Assembly (NCBI GenBank): GCA_963775805.1
Contig: CAVZKG010000005.1
Location: 337,234 to 401,233 of the forward strand
Length of the DNA: 64,000 nucleotides
Direction of reading: 5' to 3'
From: an uncultured Verrucomicrobiae bacterium
GTDB taxonomy: Bacteria > Verrucomicrobiota > Verrucomicrobiia > Chthoniobacterales > JAFAMB01
Part shown: in pieces, positions 17,826 to 27,061 of the stretch
Numbering within the stretch: the first letter of the stretch is position 1
Layout: every line of letters starts with the position of its first letter
Made by a program: the position numbers and the translations under genes
The notes under the pieces: generated by a model
What the model was told of the DNA's origin: nothing
The model's database searches: none
Seen by the model: only the letters and a program-made list of their open reading frames with translations

Positions 17826-17849
17826 CAATAGAACGAATTCGTTCTATTG
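17826..17849. repeat. Perfect 24-bp palindrome CAATAGAACGAATTCGTTCTATTG at convergent gene ends
   Basis: Read directly from the sequence. It overlaps the stop codon of the response-regulator gene (17844). Possible hairpin or bidirectional terminator, but there is no U-tract. Confidence 0.5.
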
Positions 17850-18407
17850 CGCGCCTCGCGTTATGGAGTGACCAAGCAGTTTGATAGTCTGCATTAATTG
17901 CTCAACTTTCAGCGGTTTCTTCAGGACGGTCACTGGACTGATTTGCAGAATCTTATCCAGAATATCGCTGTCCAGCAACCCGGTGATTACGATGACATTG
18001 AGTTCCAGATCAATATGCTTGGCGGCCTTGTATACCTGATCGCCGGGCATATCCGGCAATTGAATGTCCAGAAACATCAAATCAAATTTCTGCTTACGCA
18101 GGCTGCTGATCGCTTCTTTGGCTGCGCCGACAACGACGCGACTGAAACCGATCTTTTTTAAGAAATTTTTAAACAGCTCCTGCAGGCCAGGATCATCGTC
18201 GACCACCAACACCGTAGGTTGGCCCTGTTTGTCCTGGCGCAAGATGTCGCGATCGAGAGACGACTTCTTGACGCGCCAGCGGCCTCCGATTTGGATCGCC
18301 GGTATCTGCCCCCTCTGAACGAGATAGTAGACAGTTGGAAGCGGGATCCGTAAGTACTCTGCAGTTTCTTTTACGGTGAGGAGATTGTGGTTTGGCGGTT
18401 CACTCAC
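17844..18407 (-). CDS. Orphan response regulator: excisionase/MerR-type HTH plus receiver domain
   Basis: N-terminal LTVKETAEYLRIPLPTVYYLVQRGQIPAIQIGGRWRV (excisionase-family HTH). Receiver: TVLVVDDDPG...FDLMFLDIQLPDMPG...VIVITG. Confidence 0.8.
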   Translation of the reverse strand: MSEPPNHNLLTVKETAEYLRIPLPTVYYLVQRGQIPAIQIGGRWRVKKSSLDRDILRQDKQGQPTVLVVDDDPGLQELFKNFLKKIGFSRVVVGAAKEAISSLRKQKFDLMFLDIQLPDMPGDQVYKAAKHIDLELNVIVITGLLDSDILDKILQISPVTVLKKPLKVEQLMQTIKLLGHSITRGAQ

Positions 18408-18690
18408 GGATAATTCAAATAAAGGTTTGGAACAACAAAAGGGCTCAAAAAAAGGTTCAAATCGGCAGTGCGACCCCCGCGTATATATGGCCTTTATTTA
18501 TACAAGTCCAGCGCCTTAAACGGTCTTCGCTACAATCTCTCGTAACGTCGCAGAATATTGGTGTGTCTGAGGGAAGACCTTTCGAGTTGCTCTGTGAATG
18601 TAACGAATTGCAAAAATGGATTGGCACTTATTCGCGAAGAATCGACTTTCATTTTCTGAGAGGCAAGCGGATCAGTATTCACTCCCAACT

Positions 18691-20100
18691 ATGGATACAC
18701 GTGTCGAAAAAGATTCAATGGGCTCAATGCAAGTGCCTGCTGACGCGCTCTACGGAGCGTCAACTCAGCGAGCGGTCCTCAACTTTCCGATCAGCGGGTA
18801 TCGGTTCGGCCGTCCATTTATTCGTGCCCTGGGGTTAATCAAGTGGGCTGCCGCGCAGGCAAACAGGGACCTTGGCAAGCTCGATGAAGTTCGAACTCGG
18901 TTGATCATTCAGGCGTCCGAAGAAGTCATCGAAGGAGCATTGGACAATCACTTTCCAATCGACATTTTTCAAACCGGTTCCGGGACAAGTACGAACATGA
19001 ACGCGAATGAAGTCATCGCGAATCGTGCCAGTCAACTTGCCGGAAAACCGATCGGCACGAAAGATCCTGTCCATCCCAATGATCATGTCAACATGGGGCA
19101 ATCCAGCAACGACGTCATTCCGACGGCGATTCACGTCGCCGTGGGCGAATCCGTTCGGAACGAACTGATGCCGGCTCTGGAGCATTTGCAGCATGGTCTG
19201 GAGGCGAAAACACAGGAATTCTGGGATATCATCAAGATTGGCAGAACCCACTTGATGGATGCGACTCCCATCCGCCTCGGCCAGGAGTTCAGTGGGTACG
19301 CTAAACAGATCGAACACGGGAAACTGCGCGCAGGAAATGCCATTGCCGCCGTCGAGGAACTGGCGCTCGGTGGAACGGCCGTCGGGACCGGGCTAAATTG
19401 TCATCCCGAGTTTACGGGGCGAGTGATGGGCTATCTGTGGAACAGAACCGGAGTCTCTTTTCGGGAGGCTCGCAATCATTTCGAAGCGCAGGGAGCGAAG
19501 GATGGACTCGTTGAAGCGAGCGGCGAAATCCGCACCCTGGCGGTCAGCCTCTTTAAGATCGCGAACGATATCCGATGGCTTAGTAGCGGACCTCGGTGCG
19601 GCATCGGAGAGATCCAGCTCCCGGCGACGCAACCCGGTAGTTCGATTATGCCCGGAAAGGTCAATCCCGTGATGTGCGAATCAGTGATGCAGGTCTGCGC
19701 GCAAGTCATCGGAAATGACACAGCCGTTTGTTGGGGTGGCGCGAACGGAAATCTCGAATTGAATGTGATGATGCCGATGATCGCGCACAACCTTCTCGAG
19801 AGCATTCGGCTGCTGACAGGCGTGGTCCGCGCATTCCAGGACAAATGCGTCAGCGGCATCACAGCTAACCGTGAGCATTGTCAGGAGCTGGTCGAACGCA
19901 GTATGGCGATGGTAACGAGCCTGGCCCCAATTATTGGGTACGATCGGGCGGCTGAAATTGCCAAAGAGAGCGCGAAGACCGGCAAAACGGTGCGCGAAAT
20001 CTGCGAGGCGCAGCAGGTGTTGCCACGCGCCGAGTTGAACAAGGCGCTTGATCCAATCGAGATGACAAAGCCCGGCGGCGAAGGGGCGGTTGGGGGGTAG
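18691..20100 (+). CDS. fumC: Class II fumarate hydratase (aspartase/fumarase superfamily)
   Basis: MDTRVEKDSMGSMQVPADALYGASTQR N-terminus and signature GSSIMPGKVNPVMCE. The ORF-track start at 18616 adds 25 non-conserved codons. Assignment as aspartase cannot be excluded by eye. Confidence 0.8.
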   Translation: MDTRVEKDSMGSMQVPADALYGASTQRAVLNFPISGYRFGRPFIRALGLIKWAAAQANRDLGKLDEVRTRLIIQASEEVIEGALDNHFPIDIFQTGSGTSTNMNANEVIANRASQLAGKPIGTKDPVHPNDHVNMGQSSNDVIPTAIHVAVGESVRNELMPALEHLQHGLEAKTQEFWDIIKIGRTHLMDATPIRLGQEFSGYAKQIEHGKLRAGNAIAAVEELALGGTAVGTGLNCHPEFTGRVMGYLWNRTGVSFREARNHFEAQGAKDGLVEASGEIRTLAVSLFKIANDIRWLSSGPRCGIGEIQLPATQPGSSIMPGKVNPVMCESVMQVCAQVIGNDTAVCWGGANGNLELNVMMPMIAHNLLESIRLLTGVVRAFQDKCVSGITANREHCQELVERSMAMVTSLAPIIGYDRAAEIAKESAKTGKTVREICEAQQVLPRAELNKALDPIEMTKPGGEGAVGG

Positions 20101-20104
20101 TTCT

Positions 20105-20869
20105 TTAATCCTTTCGAATGAAACTCAGTTCAATTGCCCTTTGAATAATCGCAACGTGGGCCTCCACCCTGGCGCAGAGATCATACTCGGAGGGTGTCTC
20201 GGCGGTAATCGTGCGCTCGCTATGGTTCACCGCGAGATAGAGCGCTTCTGCGAGAAATGGAAACTTTTTGATATTGTATTTCCTTGCGATCCAACCTTGG
20301 TCCGCCCGCCTGCCTTCAATTGTGATGCGGGCATCGATCGGGACGTAAAAGCCGGCCGCAGCCAGTAATTCCCGCCCGAAGGTCGTCAGCTGCTGGCGTA
20401 CCTCGTACAAATAGGCTCCCTGTGCGTCATAATCCTCGTGCAGGCAGATCGCGAGCTTGAACTTTCTGTCGCGGAGAAGTTCCTTTTGGGTGGTGATCCG
20501 CGGTAAGTCGTCGAGGTGATAGCACCGGTTCAGATCGCGGCTTTCCGAGTCTGTCCTTCGATTGTGAACCAGTCCCCAAGGGTTCAGGCAGGGGAAAATC
20601 ATTACCGGTAATTCACGCAGGATCGACTGATAAAGCGCGGCCCACTGATAAAGTCCTTCGGTGGCAGCCGCCTCGTCGCCATGGATTCCCGCGGACAGGT
20701 AAATCCCGGGCGAATCCTTGAGAGCAGGTGATGTGAAACAGTACAATTCGAAATCTTCCACGGTGCAATAAACAGAGCCTTTTAGCCCGGCCTTTCGTGC
20801 AAGGCTTCGCCAACGTTTAACTAGATATCGGTAGTCGTGGACCCGATGCGTCTGAAACTCGAAATTCAT
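20105..20869 (-). CDS. M14-type zinc carboxypeptidase/amidase, MpaA-like (murein peptide amidase)
   Basis: IYLSAGIHGDEAAATEG zinc-binding motif. The start overlaps the mpl stop by 4 nt (peptidoglycan-recycling pair). Confidence 0.65.
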   Translation of the reverse strand: MNFEFQTHRVHDYRYLVKRWRSLARKAGLKGSVYCTVEDFELYCFTSPALKDSPGIYLSAGIHGDEAAATEGLYQWAALYQSILRELPVMIFPCLNPWGLVHNRRTDSESRDLNRCYHLDDLPRITTQKELLRDRKFKLAICLHEDYDAQGAYLYEVRQQLTTFGRELLAAAGFYVPIDARITIEGRRADQGWIARKYNIKKFPFLAEALYLAVNHSERTITAETPSEYDLCARVEAHVAIIQRAIELSFIRKD

Positions 20870-22299
20870 TCCGCCGCCAGCTCGGTAAGTAAACGTTGAT
20901 GGATCCCCTCAAAGCCCCCGTTGCTGAATACAACGATGACATCACCCGGTTTGGCCAAAGGTTTTACCCGGTGCAAAATATCCTCCACTCCTGGTTCGTA
21001 AAACGCCGGAATCCCAGAGTCTTGGATTGATTTGACGACGCGTTCCGCATCCAACCGATCCTCCGGCGGCAACTTTTCAAGATTGGCAACGCGCGCCAAT
21101 ATAACTCCGTCCGCGTTCTTCAGTGCCTCCGGGAGCGCGCTTTGAAAGGTGGCACGGCGTGTAGTATTGGACCGTGGCTCGAAGATGGCCCAGATTTTTT
21201 GGCCCGGAAAGCGATGCCTCAGCGCGAAAAGAGTTTCGCGAATCGCGGTCGGGTGATGTCCGAAATCGTCGATGACTTTGATCCCGTTGGCTTCTCCCCG
21301 GAGTTCTTGTCGGCGTGCAACTCCGGTAAATCGAGCCAGGGCGTTTTGAACGACTTCAAGCGGCAATCCATACGTCTGGGCAACCGCAACCGCCATCGCC
21401 GCATTTCGCACGTTGAACTCACCGACCAGCGAGGATTGAAATCGATGACAGCCCAAAGCGAACTCGGAACCGTCGCCGTGATACGTGACATCACTGATTC
21501 GGTTGGTTGCATTCTTGTCAAATCCGACTGTCAAAACCTGGCTCATCGATTTTGCAACGACCTCCGCACAATTTGGATCATCCGCATTGATGAAGATGTA
21601 CCCGGCGCGCGGCACGACGTTAACCAGACGCCGGAAACTGAGCTTGATCTCATCCAGACTCGAAAAGATATCGGCGTGATCAAACTCGATGTTATTGATC
21701 ACAACGGTCTCCGGCAGGTAGTGCAGGAACTTCGACCGTTTGTCGAAGAATGCGGTGTCATATTCGTCTCCTTCGAGAATGAAATATTTCGAATCGCCAA
21801 GCGAGGCGCCTTGCGCCAGATCCTTGGCAATCCCTCCGATCAGGAATCCAGGCGCGGCCCCTGCTTGCCGGAAAAGCCAAGCAATCAACGAAGTCGTCGT
21901 CGTCTTTCCGTGGGTTCCGGTAACAACGATATTCGATTTTTCCTGCAGGAAAAATTCCTTAAGAGTCTCTGGAAGCGAACGATAACGGAGCTTTCGGTCC
22001 AAGACCGCTTCAACCTCGGGATTGCCGCGATAGATCGCGTTCCCAACCACCACCAAGTCGACACCCGCCGGAATATTCTCTGGCTTGAAACCGCTCGACG
22101 CTTTGATTCCTTTTGCCTCGAGGAACGTGGACATCGGCGGATAGACGTTTTCGTCGGACCCGGTAATGGTATAGCCCAAATCGCGCAGAGCGGCGGCCAC
22201 AGCCCCCATCGCCGTTCCGCATATACCTAAAAAATGGATCCTCTGAACTGCCTTTTGCATAGAAACTATTCCCGGACGGTTGAATTGGAGTATCTCCAA
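20866..22299 (-). CDS. mpl: UDP-N-acetylmuramate:L-alanyl-gamma-D-glutamyl-meso-DAP ligase
   Basis: RIHFLGICGTAMGAVAAAL, GTHGKTTTTS (P-loop), and Mur-ligase middle and C-terminal blocks. The probable start is the ATG at 22260 (MQKAVQRIHFLGICG). Confidence 0.88.
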   Translation of the reverse strand: MEILQFNRPGIVSMQKAVQRIHFLGICGTAMGAVAAALRDLGYTITGSDENVYPPMSTFLEAKGIKASSGFKPENIPAGVDLVVVGNAIYRGNPEVEAVLDRKLRYRSLPETLKEFFLQEKSNIVVTGTHGKTTTTSLIAWLFRQAGAAPGFLIGGIAKDLAQGASLGDSKYFILEGDEYDTAFFDKRSKFLHYLPETVVINNIEFDHADIFSSLDEIKLSFRRLVNVVPRAGYIFINADDPNCAEVVAKSMSQVLTVGFDKNATNRISDVTYHGDGSEFALGCHRFQSSLVGEFNVRNAAMAVAVAQTYGLPLEVVQNALARFTGVARRQELRGEANGIKVIDDFGHHPTAIRETLFALRHRFPGQKIWAIFEPRSNTTRRATFQSALPEALKNADGVILARVANLEKLPPEDRLDAERVVKSIQDSGIPAFYEPGVEDILHRVKPLAKPGDVIVVFSNGGFEGIHQRLLTELAAE

Positions 22300-22496
22300 A
22301 TACCAAGGTGATCAGTTTCGCAAGTGAATGGTGAAAATAGATTCTCCGTCGTTCCCCATATCGTGCAGCAAGCACTAGAGGCGATTAAGTCATTCCAGCC
22401 GAAAGTCGACGCGAATCATCCGTATTGATACAGGAGCGCCGTCCGTGGAACGTTTGACGTTACTGGGAAGAAGCTTTACCATCCGTCCACCAATTC

Positions 22497-22570
22497 GCGT
22501 CCGTAGCTCAATTGGATAGAGCGTCGGCCTCCGGAGCCGAAGGTTGTGAGTTCGATCCTCGCCGGACGCA
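22497..22570 (+). tRNA. tRNA-Arg (anticodon CCG), CCA not encoded
   Basis: Manual cloverleaf: GCGTCCG-TA-GCTC-AATTGGATA-GAGC-G-TCGGC-CTCCGGA-GCCGA-AGGTT-GTGAG-TTCGATC-CTCGC-CGGACGC-A (74 nt). Confidence 0.92.
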
Positions 22571-22588
22571 AACGACTTGTTGGCGGGA

Positions 22589-22963
22589 TTACTCTTGAAC
22601 GACAACCGGAACCTTGTCGCCCGGTTTCAATCGGGGAAGACCGCGCGTCGTGACGACAACGTTTCCCCATTCGCCGGAAAGCGGGAATCCGCCGATTTGA
22701 TGGGGATGATCCACCAGCTCATTTAGGTCTAAACGGAATTTTTCGAGTGTGACGGGGACGATGATTCCGATATCGATCCGATAATTGTTCCCGGTTTCTT
22801 TTTCGACAGCTGTCGCGATTGCGAATGGAGTATCCATAAACTTGATCCTGATTGCGACAGTGATTTCGCAGATTTCACTGTCTAAATATTGGTCTCGGCT
22901 TTCTGATACATCAACTGCGACCGCCACGGAGTGATTATCAATGCGAATCGGACTGCGCGCCAT
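22589..22963 (-). CDS. Hypothetical protein (about 124 aa)
   Basis: ORF with no recognised motif. A start at the ATG at 22963 (MARSPIRIDN...) avoids overlap with the upstream gene. It ends 19 nt from tRNA-Arg. Confidence 0.45.
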   Translation of the reverse strand: MARSPIRIDNHSVAVAVDVSESRDQYLDSEICEITVAIRIKFMDTPFAIATAVEKETGNNYRIDIGIIVPVTLEKFRLDLNELVDHPHQIGGFPLSGEWGNVVVTTRGLPRLKPGDKVPVVVQE

Positions 22964-22982
22964 GGCGGAATACAGAAATCTT

Positions 22983-23486
22983 TCAGGGGGCCCGGAATGG
23001 GCTGATTTCGGCGCGAATCGACGATTTTCGATGAGATCGAAAGGCAAAGTCGTTCCGAATCCGAGCGCTTGCGGAAGCGTACTCTGATTTCCAAGATTCT
23101 CTCGAGGAAGTCTCCTCTCGCGGCCGGCGTTGCCTTCCGCGGGGTATCTCTCTGCCTAGGAAGTAAACCGAGGCGCAGATCTCCGGGTGCAGCAGTCTGA
23201 CATTCTTTCGGTAGAACAGCGACCTTTCACCAAGATTTGGTATATACCCTTCATACCGATCCAATTTCTCCCAAACCTCTTCGTCTAAAACCCGGTAAAT
23301 TTCGACTTCAACGACGCCGGGTTGTTCAATCACACCGGGGTAACCACGCTGGAGAAATCCAAGCCCACGCAACAATCCATTCCCATGGAACTGAAGTCCG
23401 CGTACGACAGCGTTTCCTTGTCTCGAGAGGCTGCGCCTGCGGAGAGAACCATACGAAGCGAAAAAGGTTGGAAAGGCGCACTTCAT
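22983..23486 (-). CDS. Gamma-glutamylcyclotransferase (AIG2/GGACT-like) family protein
   Basis: FFASYGSLRRRS...GYPGVIE...VEVEIYRVLDEEVWEKLDRYEGY is the classical GGCT-like pattern. It has an unusual basic C-terminal tail. Confidence 0.65.
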   Translation of the reverse strand: MKCAFPTFFASYGSLRRRSLSRQGNAVVRGLQFHGNGLLRGLGFLQRGYPGVIEQPGVVEVEIYRVLDEEVWEKLDRYEGYIPNLGERSLFYRKNVRLLHPEICASVYFLGREIPRGRQRRPREETSSRESWKSEYASASARIRNDFAFRSHRKSSIRAEISPFRAP

Positions 23487-23657
23487 TTATTTGGTGTGAT
23501 GCATTTGAAACGCTCCAGAAGGAGATTTTCGCCTAGCATGCCTCCACCAAGCATTTGCCGCAAGGGAGGGCATTCTCGAAGCTGACTTCCAAAATGTAGG
23601 ATGGTTACTCGCCTGTCCAGCCACAGCCCACCCGCTGGACCATACCGTTCCGAGTAA

Positions 23658-23702
23658 GTATTCGCCGACACGCCGATATGCCCACACGCCGACACCGCAT
23701 CC
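23658..23702 (+). repeat. Dispersed short repeat, copy A (GTATTCGCCGA...GCCCACACGCCGAC.CCGC)
   Basis: Matches the reverse complement of 58475..58511 over about 35 nt, with an internal 8-nt insertion (CACGCCGA). A partial match (GCCCACACGCC) occurs at 12525-12548. Confidence 0.7.
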
Positions 23703-23749
23703 CTGCGGTTGCGGCTACTGCCGCGCTGTGCCTTGTGGTCAATACGATT

Positions 23750-23792
23750 CTCTGCGCCCTCCGCCCTGTCTCCGCGTCTCGGTGGTAAACCC
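23750..23792 (+). repeat. Short intergenic repeat, long copy (CTCTGCGCCCTCC...CGGTGGTAAACCC)
   Basis: Shares the 13-nt CTCTGCGCCCTCC and the GTGGT(A/G)AA(A/T)CC tail with 23955..23981. This copy carries an extra 17-nt internal segment. Confidence 0.65.
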
Positions 23793-23954
23793 TTCCCGGG
23801 AATGAACACGCTGGAAGCCAATCGAAGACAGGCTGAAAGCCAATTTTACTTTAAGGTCTCGAAGGCTCTGGCGTTTTCCGCGCGTCCGCGTCCGTGCGGC
23901 ATGTTCAACGCGATATCGCTCCGGCCCGGACAGCAAGATCTGAAAAATCCGAAA

Positions 23955-23981
23955 CTCTGCGCCCTCCTCCGTGGTGAATCC
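23955..23981 (+). repeat. Short intergenic repeat, short copy (CTCTGCGCCCTCCTCCGTGGTGAATCC)
   Basis: Direct repeat of 23750..23792 (see that entry). Confidence 0.65.
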
Positions 23982-24007
23982 TTATCGGGAAACGGACAGC
24001 CTATACG

Positions 24008-25723
24008 TTATGGTCGGACGCTCGGCGATCGAGCATAATTCGGGTCCACGATTCGGGCGCTTCGTTCGCGTTGGCCCTTTTGCAATTGAATCAATCGCTG
24101 GTCCCGTAAGGCCCGTTGCGTCGTCGCTTGTTCCAGAAGATCGGCTGTGAGCTTTACGAACGGCGCGACTGCCGGAGATCCGGTCGCTGCAATAAATTGC
24201 AAACCGCGCAAAAGCTGGCTCAGTCGATGGCAATCGGCTCGACTGTCGTTCGCGACCAGTTCAACATCCGTTGGTCCCTGGCTGTTTCGACGGCTGCCGC
24301 GCCCTATCGCCTGCATGAATTGATCGGCGCTCGCCGTCGGCGTTAAAATGATCGAAACTTCAGGAGCAGCAGAAAAGCGCTGATTTAATTCGGGCCAACC
24401 GGCCGCTTGAGAGTAGGGGATGAGCATGACTTTTGTCAGGCTCGGTGCGTAAACCGGACGGCCGTCCTCTCCTCGGACCTCTAATCTCTGACCAACTTCG
24501 TTTGTTTTGTAAGCGCCATCCACAAACCGAGCCATTTGTTCTGAGTTTCGCTTTTCGATCGCAGACCGTGTCCCTGCAAGAGACGGTATCGATTCGCTGG
24601 CCTTAGGAAACTCTTCGAGGAACGAGCACTCGATCCCGTGCGCTGCCAAAGTGGCTTTCACGGCTGAAAGGATGCCTGGCGTCTCTTTCGGCAATCCATC
24701 CCCATCCTTCAGAATGCGCGAAGCCGTCGAAACATTCTCTCCAAACAGAATAATCTTTTTATTCTGCGAAAGTGCTTCCAGCGTTCGTTGGAAGATCGAA
24801 GCAATCTTAGTGCTGTCCGATGCCGTATTGATTTCGCTACGAAGCTCTTCCGCCAGCCGGCGTTGCGTCGGAAGAGCGCTCGTCTTGATCAATCGCGTAT
24901 AACCTTCGATCAGCTGTCTCTCGACAGTATGGGACGCGGCCGGCAGGCTAAGCGTTTCTGCAGGAAGCAATCTTCCGTAAAAAGGAAACTCACGATGCAC
25001 CATTGCTCCCGCCGCTGTGAGTTGTTTTATTTGGTCAGAGACCGCGACGAGCAGGTCCGGTTTGGAAGCAAGGTCATTTTTGACCTCTTGAACTGATCTT
25101 CCAGTCAGCTTCGAATGAAAGTAACAGAAGTCATTAATGTTATGAAATGGTGTGGCACTAAAAAAAAGCTGCCGATTAGACGGAACCTTGTCGAGTAGTC
25201 TCCGTACCTCCGGCAATCGGCAATCCTGAGCTTCGTCGACAATTGTCACTGAATATCGTTCCCGTCGGGTTTGTGCCCCTTTCAGAAAAGGTCCGAGCTT
25301 TTCGATGCCGACAATTTCAATTTTCGAACCATCCAGCCCAAGTCGATCCAGATCGCGTATGAGCGGGGGAATCAGGTTTGTCCTCGTGACGAGAAGCGCC
25401 GGCTCTCCCGTTTCGCCAGCAATCGCTTTAGCGGCCAGGACCGCTTGAAATGATTTGCCCGTCCCAGTGCCGTCATGGACGAGAAAGGCAGTTCTCCCCG
25501 ACCCATCTTTCGGCGATTCCGGATCGAGCAGATGGTTCAGCGCAAGATTTACCCCGTCCCGGATCGTAGGATCCTCCCCGGTTCGCAGGCTTTCCAGCAG
25601 GCGCGCTTTTTCAGGTGCCACCGGTGATACAGCCCCCAAAAAATCCTCCGTCCAGGTTGGAACACTGCCTCCAAGGAGCGACTGGCTGACATTGATCGGT
25701 GGACGATCGAAAGGATTGTCCAT
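24008..25723 (-). CDS. SF2 helicase-like ATPase (strawberry-notch/SNF2-like core)
   Basis: Walker A DGTGTGKSF, Walker B/DEAQ box TIVDEAQD, motif III FFSATPF, motif VI QAIGRGSRR. Last gene of a tightly packed four-gene minus-strand operon. Confidence 0.75.
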   Translation of the reverse strand: MDNPFDRPPINVSQSLLGGSVPTWTEDFLGAVSPVAPEKARLLESLRTGEDPTIRDGVNLALNHLLDPESPKDGSGRTAFLVHDGTGTGKSFQAVLAAKAIAGETGEPALLVTRTNLIPPLIRDLDRLGLDGSKIEIVGIEKLGPFLKGAQTRRERYSVTIVDEAQDCRLPEVRRLLDKVPSNRQLFFSATPFHNINDFCYFHSKLTGRSVQEVKNDLASKPDLLVAVSDQIKQLTAAGAMVHREFPFYGRLLPAETLSLPAASHTVERQLIEGYTRLIKTSALPTQRRLAEELRSEINTASDSTKIASIFQRTLEALSQNKKIILFGENVSTASRILKDGDGLPKETPGILSAVKATLAAHGIECSFLEEFPKASESIPSLAGTRSAIEKRNSEQMARFVDGAYKTNEVGQRLEVRGEDGRPVYAPSLTKVMLIPYSQAAGWPELNQRFSAAPEVSIILTPTASADQFMQAIGRGSRRNSQGPTDVELVANDSRADCHRLSQLLRGLQFIAATGSPAVAPFVKLTADLLEQATTQRALRDQRLIQLQKGQRERSARIVDPNYARSPSVRP

Positions 25724-25729
25724 AGGAGA

Positions 25730-26458
25730 CTATTGAATCTCAATCAGAAGTTCAGGACGCGTTTCCAGAATCACCTGATTGACGGCCATTTCCCAGACAA
25801 GCACTTGCGGCGCGCGAGCGTCTTCGAGGAATCTGAGGGCCCATATTCTCAGGCGATTCTGCGGATAAAATCCGTGCGACCCCTGCCAAAACCTGAGTAC
25901 TTGTCGACGCAAATCCTCATCGCTCACTGGCGACCACTCGAGCAACGAGTCGGCAAGTTCCTCGCAAAGGAGTCGCCATCCTAAAATGGACGTCGCCAAT
26001 TCCTCCCGTTCGTTTCGCAATGCCCAGAGGTAAAGCATCTCTTGCTGCTCGATCCAGGCAATAGGTCCAAGCTGCGTCTTTCTTTGCAAGAAGGCTGTGA
26101 CCTTCTCGGCCTCGGGTTGCAGGCGGTTTTTGCGGAGCCAGGTTTCCAGCAGCACAAACTCACGCTCAAGCGTTGCATGCAGGAAACGGTCAACGCTCAG
26201 ATCCCGCAAATATTGCTGCTGCTCCAATGAAAGCTCTGGATCTGCGTTCGATTCCGTGAACGCACCGAGTTGGCTGAAAGCTTCCTGCCAGACATTCCTG
26301 CCCAACAAGGGAGTCGAATCAAAAATGGGACCGATCAGATGTTGACTGCTAACCGGGTCCTGGCCCTGCGGAAGATAGTCGATTGTGTTCATAATCATAA
26401 ACGTGCCTCCATGCGATATGCAGCGAGATAAGACTAGCTGCGCGAGAATTGGAACCAT
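25730..26458 (-). CDS. Hypothetical alpha-helical protein (222-242 aa), operon member
   Basis: No motif recognised. Ends 6 nt before the helicase start. Start is either 26458 (25-nt overlap with the upstream gene) or 26398 (MIMNTIDY). Confidence 0.55.
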   Translation of the reverse strand: MVPILAQLVLSRCISHGGTFMIMNTIDYLPQGQDPVSSQHLIGPIFDSTPLLGRNVWQEAFSQLGAFTESNADPELSLEQQQYLRDLSVDRFLHATLEREFVLLETWLRKNRLQPEAEKVTAFLQRKTQLGPIAWIEQQEMLYLWALRNEREELATSILGWRLLCEELADSLLEWSPVSDEDLRRQVLRFWQGSHGFYPQNRLRIWALRFLEDARAPQVLVWEMAVNQVILETRPELLIEIQ

Positions 26459-27057
26459 GCCGAATCATCGGTTGGTTCGTCTTCAAAATCGTCTGCCAGA
26501 TCTTCAAAATAACCAAGCGCCTGGTGAACCATATCGTCCACCAATTGTTCCAGGCTCGAAAACCGGTGCGCCTCTTTGAGTGTTCCTTTGTGCAGCACAA
26601 CCGGATCTCCAGTGGCCAATTCTATCGCGAAATACCAAAGATCACCGTCACCGATGAATAGATATTTCTGAATTGCTTCCGGAAAACTTGCCCAATGGAA
26701 TAGGTTTTCCGCGATAAGTCCCGGGACTGCATCAAACTGATCATCTCGAAGATCGCCATCCACTCCGTACATCGTCACACCGTTCGCGACGAATCCGTCG
26801 ACTTGACGAAGAATGTCGATCAAAACCTCGGGAAGCTGGACGTTGAGTTGATCAACCAGAGCGAACGCAAGGCGTGCCAGGTCTTTGTTTTCAGCACCGG
26901 GTACCAACGGAACGTAACCCTGTTCCAACTCGGATCTGAGGCGGTTATCGAGATCCTGCCTATGGTCTGTAGAGAGCTGTTGGTAATATTCGGACCGTTT
27001 GAGGTCATCGACGAATATGTCGCTTAGTTCTTTGAGATAACGTCGGTTAACAGGCAT
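26434..27057 (-). CDS. SUKH superfamily (SMI1/KNR4-like) immunity-type protein
   Basis: LNVQLPEVLIDILRQVDGFVANGVTMYGVDG (the LP..y..ll...nG....g.lyG pattern) and a distal IGDGDLWYFAIELATGDPVVL block. Starts 4 nt after the stop of the nuclease-like gene. Confidence 0.55.
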   Translation of the reverse strand: MPVNRRYLKELSDIFVDDLKRSEYYQQLSTDHRQDLDNRLRSELEQGYVPLVPGAENKDLARLAFALVDQLNVQLPEVLIDILRQVDGFVANGVTMYGVDGDLRDDQFDAVPGLIAENLFHWASFPEAIQKYLFIGDGDLWYFAIELATGDPVVLHKGTLKEAHRFSSLEQLVDDMVHQALGYFEDLADDFEDEPTDDSAWFQFSRS

Positions 27058-27061
27058 GGGG

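Noticed and set aside
17826-17849. GAAC...GTTC palindrome as a LexA (Cheo-type) box. Similarly, the imperfect palindrome TACAACATGTTATA at about 36505-36520.
   Set aside because: The spacing is GAAC-N6-GTTC, not N4, and it sits at gene 3' ends. The recN promoter region (37506-37562) has no related motif, so an SOS-box interpretation is unsupported.
21142-22230. Long antisense ORFs: 21142-22230 (362 aa, opposite mpl), 37879-38859 (326 aa, opposite recN), 41510-42430 (306 aa, opposite nrdB) and 57860-58591 (243 aa, opposite def).
   Set aside because: They are shadow ORFs opposite strongly supported conserved genes. Their translations are Arg/Ser/Pro-rich and motif-less.
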